Shown: one piece after another, positions 38,817-51,639 of the stretch
Layout of the letters: each line of letters starts with the position of its first letter
Position numbering within the stretch: the first letter of the stretch is position 1
NCBI GenBank assembly: GCA_030295235.1
Contig: AP026162.1
Location: 868,001 to 932,000, forward strand
Reading direction: 5' to 3'
DNA length: 64,000 nucleotides
DNA from: Fistulifera solaris
Taxonomy: Eukaryota
Program-made: the position numbers and the translations under genes
The notes under the pieces: model-generated
Told to the model about the DNA's origin: nothing
Database searches by the model: none
The model's input: only the letters and a program-made list of their open reading frames with translations

Positions 38817-40016
38817 ATGAGCGACGAGCAAAGCTGTCAAAGGCCGCTGCAAAAGTGCATCAAAACTACAGAAGAATCGGTGCCCGAAAAGATGGATGAA
38901 AAAACGTCCATGACAACGACGGATGCGTCTACATTTACATTGATTGCCAAGTTCGGCAAGGAACGCATTCAACTGAATGATCTTTCTCCACACACAACCA
39001 TCGAAGAGGTTAAACTCATTTTACAAGAACGAACTCGTGTTTTGTGTAAGCGTCAAAAATTGGTGGGTCTCGTCGCCAACGAGGGCGGCGCGAAAGGTGT
39101 ACACGATGCATTGCCGATCATGCACTTGAAAAGCAACGCGAAACTCAAATTAACAAGCGCAAACAGAACCACTCATCAATTCATTCTCATGGGAACGCCT
39201 GAAGAGAGTATTTTTGTTGACCCCGATCAACTCGATGAGTTACCCGATGTCATTGAAGATTTTGATCTCGACTTCAATGCCGGGTCCGAAGAATGGCTGA
39301 GGCATGTCGCAAACGGAGAAAACTTGAAAAAATTCACTGCGGATACTCTCATTCATATGATGAATCCTCCGCGGGACGGCAAACCGTTGTTGGTGCTCGA
39401 TCTCGATCACACGCTGCTGGATTTCAGCTCGAGATCATTGCAACGCGATGCCGTTTCCGTTCAAGTCGGACAAGGTGCAGCAAAGACCATGAAACGACCG
39501 CACATGGACGAGTTCTTGACGCACATGTATCACTATTATGATCTCGTGGTCTGGAGTCAAACATCGTGGCGATGGTTGGAGACAAAGCTCACTGAATTGG
39601 GTATGATTGGGACCGCTTACAAATTTTGTTTCGTACTGGACAAGACCAGTATGTTTACCGTTACCACTACCGACAAACACAATCAAACTCGCACGCATCA
39701 TGTCAAGCCCCTGCAAATTATCTGGAGCAAATTTTCTCGTTGGTCCGCCGCCAATACAGTGCATCTTGACGATTTATCACGAAACTTTGCACTCAACATG
39801 TCGTCTGGACTGAAGTGCACGCCGTTTTATCGAAAGAAGAACCCGAGAGATGCAGAACTATTGGCAATTGGGAAGTATCTGGTGGAACTAGCACAAGCCG
39901 GCATTCGCTTTGATCAAATTGATTTCGGCAAGTGGAAAGATGTCGCCCTTGGGGAGTGTTCGTTGCTGGATACTTTAACCCAAGAAGATGGTTCGAACGG
40001 CCAGAGCGGACAATAA
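38817..40016 (+). CDS. UBLCP1: Ubiquitin-like domain-containing CTD phosphatase 1
   Basis: The N-terminal UBL reads T.V...RQKLVGL and ILMGTPE. The FCP1-type phosphatase reads LLVLDLDHTL, MKRPH..EFL, VKPL.IIW and HLDDLSRNF.LN..GL. Confidence 0.9.
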   Translation: MSDEQSCQRPLQKCIKTTEESVPEKMDEKTSMTTTDASTFTLIAKFGKERIQLNDLSPHTTIEEVKLILQERTRVLCKRQKLVGLVANEGGAKGVHDALPIMHLKSNAKLKLTSANRTTHQFILMGTPEESIFVDPDQLDELPDVIEDFDLDFNAGSEEWLRHVANGENLKKFTADTLIHMMNPPRDGKPLLVLDLDHTLLDFSSRSLQRDAVSVQVGQGAAKTMKRPHMDEFLTHMYHYYDLVVWSQTSWRWLETKLTELGMIGTAYKFCFVLDKTSMFTVTTTDKHNQTRTHHVKPLQIIWSKFSRWSAANTVHLDDLSRNFALNMSSGLKCTPFYRKKNPRDAELLAIGKYLVELAQAGIRFDQIDFGKWKDVALGECSLLDTLTQEDGSNGQSGQ

Positions 40017-40072
40017 GCTAGCTATCAAACAATCATTCTACAAGTACTAGACTTAATGGGACATTAACTTTA

Positions 40073-41157
40073 TTAGAAGTTTCGGTCACCCACGTCACCT
40101 CGCTTGTTACCACTGCCTCGCGGATTCTCATCTTTGAAATCATCCCAATTGCGATCGAGCGCAGCACTGGCATCTACTAGGTCAGCATCATCTTCCAAAC
40201 CATCTCGAACCAGAAACTCGTATCGTCGCGGGGCAAGAGCACGTTCAAGTTCCGCTTCCTTTTGTGCCTGTTCGCGTGCTAAAGCCTGCTGTAATTCGCG
40301 CTCACCTAATTCTTCCAGTGTCATGGTGGGTAGATTCCAGCCCGGTCGCAAAACGTTGGCTTTGATTTCTTGTCGTTCCAGACGTAACTGACCTGTAGTA
40401 ATATCCTGAGTAATCTGCGTGACTTGCAAGCCTTTGCCTTGCGGCGGTCGTTGCGGCGGAGATGTATAACGATGTTCCTGCGACTGGTTTTGCGAATGTT
40501 CACGAGCCATTCTTGCACACAGAGGCAGCTCTTGCAAAACACTCCCCCATCCGTCAAATGCTTGCACTTTATGAATTTTACCGGTAATTGTCAGAGCGAT
40601 GGAGCGTTCTAATGATTCATCGTCGTGACCATCCATTGTTTCATTTTGAGCAATATTCAATTTCCTTCGTCGTTCCTGTAGTGATTGCAATCTGTCCTTC
40701 TCTTGCTGCGCCTCTTTTTGCATCTGAAAGCGTGCGATTTTCATTTCTCGGGAAACCGGAGGCGACAAAATAGGGGTTTGATTGTCGTTATTATCATCAA
40801 GACTCTCTTGCACTTCCAAAAGTGCACGAAGCTGCTTCTTCTCATCCACTGAAAGCAAGTCGAGCCGTTCCAGTCGTTCAAAAAGGCTTGCCATAAATCG
40901 CACGCGCGACGCAAATTCCCAAGTCGTTCGCCCATACCATTTTGCATGGGGAGATCAACATATGCCTCCGCCAGAAGATGCTCCAGAGACAGGTACGGTA
41001 GATTTGATGTAGCAATGTCGTTGAGATCTTCGTTCGAGGAGATGCACAAGGCAATTTCTGCCTGCAACGATTCGAGCGCCGCTACCATTTGCGTTTTGTC
41101 AGATAATTGCTGAGCCTGCTCGAAGCGCTCCTGTAGACTCTCTCCATGGCCCGTCAT
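40073..41157 (-). CDS. IGBP1: TAP42/IGBP1 (alpha4) PP2A regulatory protein (one frameshift ~40890)
   Basis: Contains SSNEDL.DIATS.LPYL, RE.KIARF, LPTMTLEE and WDDFKDENPRGSGNK. Confidence 0.88.
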
Positions 41158-41284
41158 TCGCTCAACGTAGTTGTTAAAAACTCAATGAAACGTAATTAAA
41201 TTTTACACAAGGATCATGCAAGGACCATAATTGCCTTGTTTTCATTATCATCACATCCACAAAAAGTCAGTGCGAAAAATTTGG

Positions 41285-43010
41285 GAGTGATTTTATCACG
41301 TACCCAGAAAATGTGGGGAGGTGGTGTTATCACGTACCCAGAAAATGTGGGGATGTGGTGTTATCACGTACCCAGACAATGTGGGCATGTGGTGTTATCA
41401 CGTAGCCAGAAAATGTGGGGATGTGGTGTTATCACGTAGCCAGAAAATGTGGGGATGTGGTGTTATGGCCCAAAACAATATTCCAGAATTTCTGGAACGA
41501 CCACAGAATCTCTGTTTGACCCAAAACACCCACTCCAGAATTTCTGGAACTACCACAGAATCTCTGTTTGACCCAAAACACCAATTCCAAAATTTCTGGA
41601 ACGATCACAGAATCTCTGTTTGACCCAAAACACCAATTCCAGAATTTCTGGAACGACGACAGAATCTCTATTTGACGCAAATCGCACCAATTCCAGAATT
41701 ACTGGAACGACCCCAGAATCTCGGTATGACCCAAAACATTGATTCCAGAATTTCTGGAACGACCATAGAATCTCTGTTTGACCCAAAACACCAATTCCAG
41801 AGTTTCTGGAACGACCCCAGAATCTCGGTATGACCCAAAACACCAATTCCAAAATTTCTGGAACTAGCACAGAATCTCTGTTTGACCCAAAACACCAATT
41901 CCAGAATTTCTGGAACGACGACAGAATCTCTATTTGACGCAAATCGCACCAATTCCAGAATTACTGGAACGACCCCAGAATCTCGGTATGACCCAAAACA
42001 TTGATTCCAGAATTTCTGGAACGACCACAGAATCTCTGTTTGACCCAAAACACCAATTCCAGAATTTCTGGAACGACCACAGAATCTCTGTTTGACGCAA
42101 ATCACCGATTCCAGAATTTCTGGAACAAGCACCAATTCCAGAATTACTAAAATGCCGACAGAATCTCGGTATGGCCCAAAACAATATTCCAGAATTTCTG
42201 GAACGACCACAGAATAAAAACACCCATTCCTGAATTTCTGGAACTACCACAGAATCTCTGTTTGACCCAAAACACCAATTCCAGAATTTCTGGAACGACC
42301 CCAGAATCTATGTTTGACCCAAAACACCAATTCCAGAAGTTCCGGAACGACCACACAATCTCCGGTTGACTCAAAACACCAATTCCAGAATTTCTGGAAC
42401 TACCACAGAATCTCGGTATGGCCCAAAACATTATTCCTGAATTTCTGGAACGACCACAGAATCTCTATTTGACGCAAATCACTAATTCCAGAATTTCTGG
42501 AACAAGCACCAATTCCAGAATCACTAAAATGCTCACAGAATCTCGGTATGGCCCAAAACACCCATTCCTGAATTTCTGGAACGACCACAGAATCTCTGTT
42601 TGACCCAAAACACCCATTCCTGAATTTCTGGAACTACCACAGAATCTCTGTTTGACCCAAACACCCATTCCAGAATTTCCGGAACGACCACAGAATCTCG
42701 GTATGGCCCAAAACATTATTCCAGAATTTCTGGAACGACCACAGAATCAAAACACCCATTCCTGAATTTCTGGAACTACCACAGAATCTCTGTTTGACCC
42801 AAAACACCCATTCCTGAATTGCTGGAACCACTACAGAATCTCTGTATGACCAAAACACCTTAGCCAGAAAATGTGGGCGGGTGGTGTTATTACGTACCCA
42901 GAAAATGTGGGGGAGTGGTTTTATCACGTACCAGATCACGTACCCAGAAAATGTGGGGGAGTAGTGTTATTACGTACCAGTAAATGTGGGCGTGTAGTGT
43001 TATCACGTAC
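41285..43010 (+). repeat. Composite satellite: ~52-bp palindromic array (41467-42860) nested within a 34-bp array
   Basis: The 34-bp unit gtggtgttatcacgtacccagaaaatgtggggat starts at 41321, 41355, 41389, 41423 and 41457, and resumes at 42861-43010. The core unit is ccagaatttctggaacgaccacagaatctctgtttgacccaaaacaccaatt. Confidence 0.95.
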
Positions 43011-43561
43011 AAGGACCATGTCCTTGGGATAAGGGCCTGTAACGATCGTCGTTCAATTCAATTTTCCACTAACCTTACGGTAAGGTTACAGATAGACGTG
43101 TCTATGCGAGACTCACCACTACATTTCAATCATGAATGAAGATTCTTTCGAGCGTGTCTCCCACCTATAACGTCCGCTTTTCAACAAATCTGCTAAACTT
43201 TTGGCTAGACCCTAAGCACCCTCGTTCTTGGTAATATAACGATGTCATTGACTTTTTTAAAGTGATGTTGGAAATTGCTTACGTCAGATAATATTAGTTT
43301 AGTCACTAATGCATCTCAGTCACGAAAAAACGTCATCGATTCATTCTAAGGTCTCTTCTAGCAGACGTAATGGTTCCATTCCTAAGTTCATGCTTCTGGT
43401 CCCGACAAGTCAACTACAAACGTCTTGACAAGCAAAAGTTAACTCAACCGTTTTCCGATTGAATTTACTTGAAATTTAAAGCGAAAGACGAAGTCGTAGA
43501 AAAGAAGACTACAATATGTTATATTAGTATATCTTGCACATATATCCGCTACTTGAATTTC

Positions 43562-44744
43562 TTACGAAGCTTTGCGTCCAGCGTCCCTAGCCGCTGCTTC
43601 ACGGACAGGCGCAAAGTACATATGAGCCATGGCTTCCTTGGCGGAAAGGCGTTCTTGATGATCATAACGCAGTAACTTTGAAACAAAGTCGATTGCTTCG
43701 TCCGAGACAAGGTGTTGATTCTCCGGCGTAATGAATTTTTGCCAAGGCTTTTTCGAGTGACGACCCAAGATGCCATCAAAATGGGGGTCCAATTCCAAAT
43801 CGTACGTGTCCAAGTAATGAAACAACTCCTCCGTTCCCAACACCTTGGCAATTTTCACGAGCTGATCATAATTATCGTGTCCATGAAAGAAAGGCTCCTT
43901 CCGAAAGATCATACCCGCGAACATACAGCCCAAACTCCACATGTCGAGGGAATAATCGTACTCCTGCAGATCAACCAAAAGCTCAGGACCTTTGAAGTAA
44001 CGAGATGCTACACGAACGTTGTATTCACGACCCGGATGATAGAACTCAGCAAGGCCCCAGTCAATTAATCGAAGCTGGCGCTTCTCGTGATCGATCATAA
44101 CATTGTGCTATCAAATACCACATTGTGAGACAGGAATCTACAACAAGCAGACGACCCTAGCAAAGAATTCTTACCGGCTTGACGTCACGGTGCATGACAC
44201 CATTCGAATGACAATAATCCAACGCTTTGAGCAGTTCAAAGATATAGTATCGGATGTCAAAGTCCGAAAGCGTGGGATAGAGAATTTTAAAGTCAGTATT
44301 GTTCACATGCTCAAAGATGAGCGAAGGCGTCTTTGACTGAGGATCTCGAACGACATCCAAAAGCTGAATAATGTTTGTTCCACCGCACATATTCTGCAAA
44401 ATCTTAATTTCTCGTTTGATTTTCTTCTTCTTGACCGGTTTCAGAATTTTGATCACGCACTTGGTATTATTAACGACATTAACACCCTCAAACACTTCAC
44501 TGTACTTTCCGCGGCCGATCTTGCGGATCACTTCGTACTCTTCTTGATCGCCCCAGTTTACCGTTAGTGCCTCGTAGTCCCAATATTCACGAGGTCGATG
44601 AACATTCACATCGGGATAGACTCTAATGATTGTTAAGAACAAGATAAAAAGAATACAAGTCATGAGAACTCGTCTGACTGGAATCGAGTCGTCCGAGTGT
44701 GCTAGACCCTTGCACCTCCAATTCACTTACCTCGCTCTACTCAT
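43562..44744 (-). CDS. CKA1: Casein kinase II catalytic subunit alpha (introns 44623-44730, 44108-44174)
   Basis: Contains [48 protein letters not shown] and ASRYFKGPE. Canonical GT-AG introns restore the frame. Confidence 0.97.
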
Positions 44745-45480
44745 GATAGTCGCTTTCCTGAATGAATTGTTGGTCTGCGAGAACCTTTTCCCGTTATCCC
44801 AATTTACTGCGAGTTGCCGAAGCCCAGGTATACGCGATGTTATACGCGAAGATATCTTGAGCGAATGGTAAAGCGTACCGGCGTTGCCTTTGTGACTTCT
44901 TCAAATCCAAAATGAGACTCAAAGATCTACCGACTACGTGCGCGTTCGTCAAAGAAAGGGATGCGCTGCTGATATTAATGAACCGCGGATGCCTCTCTTC
45001 CTGTTACGTGCAAATATTGAAAAGACTCGAAGCCTTCCAACTATTTCGCAACGCCGTCAAAAGCAGCCGCAGCAGAAGGCGCGGCGACAGACGAGCGGTT
45101 TGCGAAGAAAGTTGTCCGTTCATTCCATAGCCACGCGTCATTCTTTTATTCTTCCCTGTTCACTGCTTTTGACACTACGACACAATGTAGTCTCGGCTGA
45201 ACAGTTTTGTATCAATGCGGTCATTCGGATCATAAAATCCAATACATCAAAGTAGTGACACAGTACCGTTACGACGAACTAATGTATCTATGTGCGTTTA
45301 ACAGCAACAGTCATCAAAGTTGAGGGAACGTGTTGGTGTCACACATCGATACCGGTACGAGATCACAATGAAGTGAAAACAAGCGACAAAAACAACGCAA
45401 TAAAAAAGAACGCATTGCATCATCTTTCATCTTCATTCTTTATCCATTCATTACCTTACACTTACACGGCCAACTAAGTC

Positions 45481-46963
45481 ATGAAGTTCTCAATCGCTTC
45501 ATCGATTGCAGCGCTTCTACAAATTGCGCTGATTGGTGCTTTAGAACAAAAACCGATAAGACGCGTCGGTATCATCGGATCCGGAGTCGCCGGTTTGACT
45601 CTTGCCCATGCTCTTCAAGAGCTTGACCAGGTAGAAATATTTGATGCTCGCAGCGAACTCAACCGAAAAGAAGGAGCTGGATTTCAGCTCAACGGCGGCC
45701 TTGCGTCTTTCGAAGCTGATCTTCAAAGAGCCGTCGCGGAAGCTGGAATGCCATTAGAAGGCATTCAGAGTAGATCAAAAGCATGGTTTGGGAAAACAGA
45801 AAACCAAGATTACAGTACCTTACTGCAACTCAATATAAATGAATTGATAAGGCAAGCTTCCGAAGAGGTTTCCGATGAACTTCTGGATGACGACGGAAAC
45901 GCAAAGTGGACAGCTATTACGAGAGGAGCCCTTCAGGAAGTTTTACGAAACAATCTACCCAGTAGCGTCCCCATCCGATTCAATAAGAAGCTGACCAGCA
46001 TAAACGAGCATGAGAGTGGTGGTGTGCTTTGCGGCTTTGACGACGGATCATGTTCAGGTCCGTTTGATATGGTCGTTGGCTGTGATGGAATACGGTCAGC
46101 CACGAAAGAATTTGTGAATACAGCGAAGATTGAAGAAAAGAAGACATCATTACCTCCATCGAACGCTATATACTCCGGTATCCGTATCCGTTTTGCTGTT
46201 GTAGACGAAACAGTTGAAGAAAAGCAGACATCAGGGACAAAGTTGACGCAATACTTTGGCGACGGTGGCTACGCCTTACACGGAAAGTTCGGGGCAGGGA
46301 AAGGCCGGCCGCTTACCAGTATGGCTGTTTTTGTCTACCTGGATGAGAACTATATCGGACCTTTTCAGGTAGCAAAAGAGAGGAAAGATCGTGTAACAGT
46401 TGGCGAAAATGCGGACTGGACTCAAACTGTCGAACAGCAGCTCGAAAGCTCTCGAAGTAACATGCTATCTCAGCTGACAGCTTTCAATATACCAGACAAA
46501 GACAAAGCTCTTGAATCTGTAATAAGGAATGCGGACCGTATATACGAATTAGGCTCATACTTCCACAATCCCTTCACCCGATGGAGTCGAATACTCAAGA
46601 ACGGTTCCTGTGTTGTACTCTGTGGTGACGCGGCTCATGCTATGCCGCCATTTCTTGGACAGGGTTCGAACCAAGCGATTCAATCTGCTTACTGCCTTGG
46701 CAATAAAATTTTAGAATACAACCAGCAACTGGAAGACGAGAACGGCGATTTAACACTGGAAAAGACCCTCGCTACTTACCGAGAAGTTCGGTGGAAACCG
46801 ACTTTCAATATACTTTGGAAAGCGCTCTTTCTCGGATACCTCGAAACAGGGGGGAGGAAACGGCATATACTCAAAGCCCAGGGACAGCTTCTTCCAGTTA
46901 ATGGGGGCTGTTGGTGTTGCAAAAGGAGTTCTACTAGGCGCTGCAGTTCCCAAAATTCGGTGA
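45481..46963 (+). CDS. FAD-dependent monooxygenase (group A, salicylate hydroxylase/ZEP-like fold) with signal peptide
   Basis: Fingerprints are IIGSGVAGLTLA, VVGCDGIRS and LCGDAAHAMPPFLGQGSNQAI. A frameshift at the G-run ~46850 gives ...VPKIR, stop at 46963. Confidence 0.85.
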
Positions 46964-47065
46964 AAGTTATTCGTCAATAATTTTAAGGAAATAATGCTAT
47001 GCTTTACAACCACAATAACTATACTAAACTGGGAAATAACGCGTCAAATCAGTACATGTAAATAG

Positions 47066-48280
47066 CTAAGCTGTTTCCTCCACCATGGATGCACTATCCA
47101 AAGCCATTCCCATAGCGTGTAGACCATTGTCGACGTACATGGTAATACCAGTAATGGTGCGAGCCATGGGGCTAAGCAAAAACAAACCGGCATTTCCAAC
47201 ATCGTCGTTGTACAAGTCCTGAGCCAATGGGGCGTTGGCTTTGCTATAATCGATCGCCTTCTCAATAAATGTTCTCGATCCAGGCTCCTTCGATTTGCCA
47301 ATGGCAGTCGCAGCTCGGCTCTTTAGGGGACCAGCAGAGATCGTGTTCACACGAATTCCGTACTTGCGTCCCGCCTCAAAGGCAAGAGTGCGCGTGTCAC
47401 TCTCGAGTTGGGCCTTGGCGGACGACATACCGCCTCCGTAACCAGGGATGGCCTTCTCAGAAGCAATGTACGTGAGGGAGAGGAACGAACCGCCCTCATT
47501 CATGATGGGACCGAATTTTTGAAGAAGCGACACTGCAGAGTACGCAGACGCAGAAGAAGCGGCGAGGTAACCCTTGCGAGAAGTCTCAAGAAGAGGCTTC
47601 ACAACCTCAGGACCGTTCGCAAGCGAGTGAACCAAAATATCGATCTTTCCGTAGTCGGCTTCGACAGCCTTGGCGACTTCGGAAATAGTGAATCCATCCA
47701 AGCCTGCATAGCGTTTGTTGTTCTTGATGTCTTCAGGGACATCATCAGGCTCGTCGAACACAGCATCCAAGGGGTAAACCTTTTCGATGGTCATTTTGGA
47801 ACCATCCGACAAAGTGGAGTCTTCGTCGAACTGACCCTTGCTCAAACCCATCTGGAAAATCTTGAGCACAGGAGGCCAAGTTCCGACGACAATAGTAGCA
47901 CCGGCATCAGCCAGAGCGCGAGCGATAGCCCAACCGTACCCTTGCGAGTCGGCAACACCAGCAACGAAAGCCACCTTGCCCTTCAAATCGACCGTTTTGG
48001 CCATGTGAAGGCTAGTATCGGCGACTCTGGGCGATTGGGCGACATTATATGCCGAACGTGCACCAAATCCTGCTTCAGCGAAGAAGGGCCGACGAGAAAG
48101 TCGGAATGTAGTGTGAGACACAACAAGCAGCATCAGCTTATAATACGAGGGATAACGACGCTCGCTCGATTTTCGAGATCTAGAATGATTGGTCGTTCAC
48201 TTACCGAAAGTGGACGGGATGAAAGCGTTGGTAAAAGCGGATAAGAAAATCGTGATGAATAAAAGAACTCGGGAAATCAT
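47066..48280 (-). CDS. fabI: Plastid enoyl-ACP reductase, copy 1 (intron 48070-48204)
   Basis: Contains [40 protein letters not shown] and [11 protein letters not shown]. Exon 1 is [22 protein letters not shown] (signal plus AF motif). Confidence 0.95.
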
Positions 48281-49157
48281 TGTTTTTCTGCTAAGAAGCT
48301 CAGTTGTCGGATAAATGCGTTACAGCGTTTGCGAAGCAGGTGCTACTCGTGAGGATAGTACCTGTTACGGCGATGAAGATATAGTATTGACTGTAAGTAG
48401 AACCAAAGATGGAGCGATGAAATTGTTTTAATCGATACAAAGAGCAACAGTTGCAATAGAAAACAAGGTCACATCATTGCGCTTCCTTTACAACGCAACG
48501 ATACGAGAAAGGGTTAACGACGATCGTACGTCACTTCGTCGGTCGGATCTTGTTTCACGTCAGTCGTGGATACCTTGAATGCTACTCTATTCCCACAAAG
48601 TAGATTGTATACTCGTAGCGGTACTAAATTAGGTCCATTTTACAATCATTTCGTTTGGCAGCTGGCAATCAAGTCTGACGGTGCAGGAAGTATAAGGCAG
48701 TCTAATCATAAAAACTGTATCATCATCAGCACCGGAAATAACGATTCTCATACATTCAAGGCAAAATATAGCAATTCACCGTAAAAATCATCGCCCTAAG
48801 CGCTGTTGCTCACACCTTTTACCGGTTCGTTTATTAAAAAGTGTATGACCTAAATAAGCCGCTCTCTCTCTTGACTCTTGCTTAACAGAATCCGGCGCGA
48901 TTCTGTCAACAAATGAGACCGAGATCTTGCACGAAGGACGAGAATGCAGACATTCATCTTAAGTCATACTCCATATCTTCGAAGCCAACGGAACATAAAT
49001 AGTTTTCAAAACGAAGTCTTGCAGTGGACCAAGCGGCCCAAGATAAATTCTTAAACACATTTTACAAACGTAGAAGATAATTTAATTGATGAAGAAATAC
49101 TCAAGTCCAAGATGAAAGCATATTCAAAATCTATTACTCCATACAATCCATGTCAAT

Positions 49158-50402
49158 TTATGCACTGACCATTTCCGGTTCTTTCGCCGACTCGGGAACG
49201 GGTTCCTCCACCATGGATGCGCTATCCAAAGCCATTCCCATAGCATGTAGACCGTTGTCGACGTACATTGTAATACCAGTGATGGTGCGAGCCATGGGGC
49301 TGAGTAAAAACAAGCCAGCGTTTCCAACATCGTCGTTGTACAAATCTTGAGCCAAAGGGGCGTTGGCTTTGCTGTAATCGATAGCCTTCTCAATAAATGT
49401 TCTCGATCCAGGCTCCTTCGACTTGCCAATGGCAGTGGCAGCTCGGCTCTTTAGAGGACCAGCAGAAATCGTGTTCACGCGGATTCCGTACTTGCGTCCC
49501 GCCTCAAAGGCAAGAGTGCGCGTGTCACTCTCGAGTTGGGCCTTGGCGGACGACATACCGCCTCCGTAACCAGGAATGGCCTTCTCCGAGGCGATGTACG
49601 TTAAAGAGAGGAACGAACCGCCCTCATTCATGATGGGACCGAACTTTTGAAGAAGCGACACTGCAGAGTACGCAGACGCAGAAGAAGCGGCGAGGTAACC
49701 CTTGCGAGAAGTCTCAAGAAGAGGCTTCACAACCTCGGGACCGTTCGCAAGCGAGTGAACCAAAATATCGATCTTTCCGTAGTCGGCTTCGACAGCCTTG
49801 GCGACTTCGGAAATAGTGAATCCATCCAAGCCTGCATAGCGTTTGTTGTTCTTGATGTCTTCAGGGACATCATCAGGCTCGTCGAACACAGCATCCAAGG
49901 GGTAAACCTTTTCGATGGTCATTTTGGAACCATCCGACAAAGTGGAGTCTTCGTCGAACTGACCCTTGCTCAAACCCATCTGGAAAATCTTGAGCACAGG
50001 AGGCCAAGTTCCGACGACAATAGTAGCACCGGCATCAGCCAGAGCGCGAGCGATAGCCCAACCGTACCCTTGCGAGTCGGCAACACCAGCAACGAAAGCC
50101 ACCTTGCCCTTCAAATCGACCGTTTTGGCCATGTGAAGGCTAGTATCGGCGACTCTGGGCGATTGGGCGACATTAGATGCCGAACGTGCACCAAATCCTG
50201 TCAAAGCGAACAAGGAAAGATTCGTGAGATCAAATTTCGGCGTGAAAAGCGTTACGGGATATGGCTCTCAGTAGGAAAGAGTCGATGACCCGTGCTCGAT
50301 TCATTGCCTATCGATCGACGACGTACCGAACGAAGACGGGGCGAAGGCATTGCTAGAAGCCGATAAGAAGACGGCAACAAGTAAAGTAACACGAGAGATC
50401 AT
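49158..50402 (-). CDS. fabI: Plastid enoyl-ACP reductase, copy 2 (intron 50198-50326)
   Basis: Same catalytic motifs as copy 1. Exon 1 is [22 protein letters not shown] (ASAFAP-type motif). Confidence 0.95.
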
Positions 50403-50916
50403 TATTCTGTATCTAATGCTAAGAAATTATAATGGGAGGGGTAGGAATCTATGACGAGACAGATCAAATGTAACGTTTGTGAGAATTTTTCGGTGTTGTG
50501 ATGGATGATGATGAATGGCAATAGTCAACATCACGTCTTTTTTGTGAGAAAGCAACTACACACGTCATCCGTCACCTAATACACGAAACAAACTATGAGC
50601 GATGAAGTACCCGCAACGGTTATTTGAGACTACAAACTCGTTTTAAAGAATGACTCATTGAGTCACACCGGTACTGTGTCTTCTCCCGAGTCCCGAGTCC
50701 ACTACCAGCTACCGGTACCAGAGCTTTCGTCTTTCGTAAGTTTAACGTAGGCTGTAGGCTAAGATGGGGCGCCTTAACAAAGTAATTGTAGTTATGCTTA
50801 TCAAAAATCGACAAATGTATGACCCAAAGTGCATGATGTCCAACGAAGAACGACATAACCTCGAAAGAATGGGCTTCGGTTTTACACTTTATTTCTTCTC
50901 ACGGGAGGTGAAAGAA

Positions 50917-51639
50917 CTAGCTAAAGTATCCACCTGACAAAGGCGTACCTTCCATTAGCGGACGCATTTCAAGTTCTTGCATCTCTTTTCGCTCCACACG
51001 CATGCGTATTCGTTCTTTCTGATTTTTCAAGTTACGGCCGAGCCGATCAAAATATTCCCACGATTTTGGATGAGAATCTTCTTGCGCATGTCCCATGGAC
51101 CTCTTAATAGCTTCTTGTTTGGCTTCCATGATACTATTGACCCAGACAAGTGCTTGCTCCGGGTCACTTGCGCAATAGTAATACTGTTTCCGAAATGTTG
51201 ACACACAAAACAGCGTGCCATGGTCAAACGGCGTCCCTTCACTGCCAAGAGGTAGATATCTCAGGGAATTGTTGTCTACAATGAATGCTTCTATTGAAGT
51301 CAGAGCCAGAGGGCTACCCTTGGGTTGAGAAGGGGCTTCTCTCTGTGTCAGATCATCCTCAAACTTGTACAGATAACTACCCAATAAAACAAGGTAACGC
51401 GCTTCCCAGCGAGGACAGGTAAATCGATTGAGCAACGGAACAGCTGCGACGCATCTCTGTATGAAACGCGGCAATAACGAGTAAAGCAGAGGGATATGTA
51501 GTTTCCGAACCGGTCCATGTTCCTGAGGCGATGCCTTGAGCAATGCGGATCGACTCAAAGCGACGGGTGACGATGTACTGCCTTTGCTCATTATTTCTGC
51601 GGTAGATCCTCGGCGTTGGCGTAGTTGTCTTTGCGACAT
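50917..51639 (-). CDS. PH-domain protein
   Basis: WEARYLVL.GSYLYKF, PKG.PL.L and YYYCASDPEQALVWVNSI match the PH beta strands and the terminal Trp helix. Confidence 0.7.
   Translation of the reverse strand: MSQRQLRQRRGSTAEIMSKGSTSSPVALSRSALLKASPQEHGPVRKLHIPLLYSLLPRFIQRCVAAVPLLNRFTCPRWEARYLVLLGSYLYKFEDDLTQREAPSQPKGSPLALTSIEAFIVDNNSLRYLPLGSEGTPFDHGTLFCVSTFRKQYYYCASDPEQALVWVNSIMEAKQEAIKRSMGHAQEDSHPKSWEYFDRLGRNLKNQKERIRMRVERKEMQELEMRPLMEGTPLSGGYFS

Noticed and set aside
41321..42939. ORFs within the satellite
   Set aside because: They are translations of repeated DNA with no sign of coding constraint.
41285..43010. CRISPR-like array of palindromic repeats
   Set aside because: There are no unique spacers and no cas genes, and the context is eukaryotic. 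It is a head-to-tail satellite.
47408..50288. + strand ORFs of 278 and 213 aa
   Set aside because: They are antisense to the two fabI copies.
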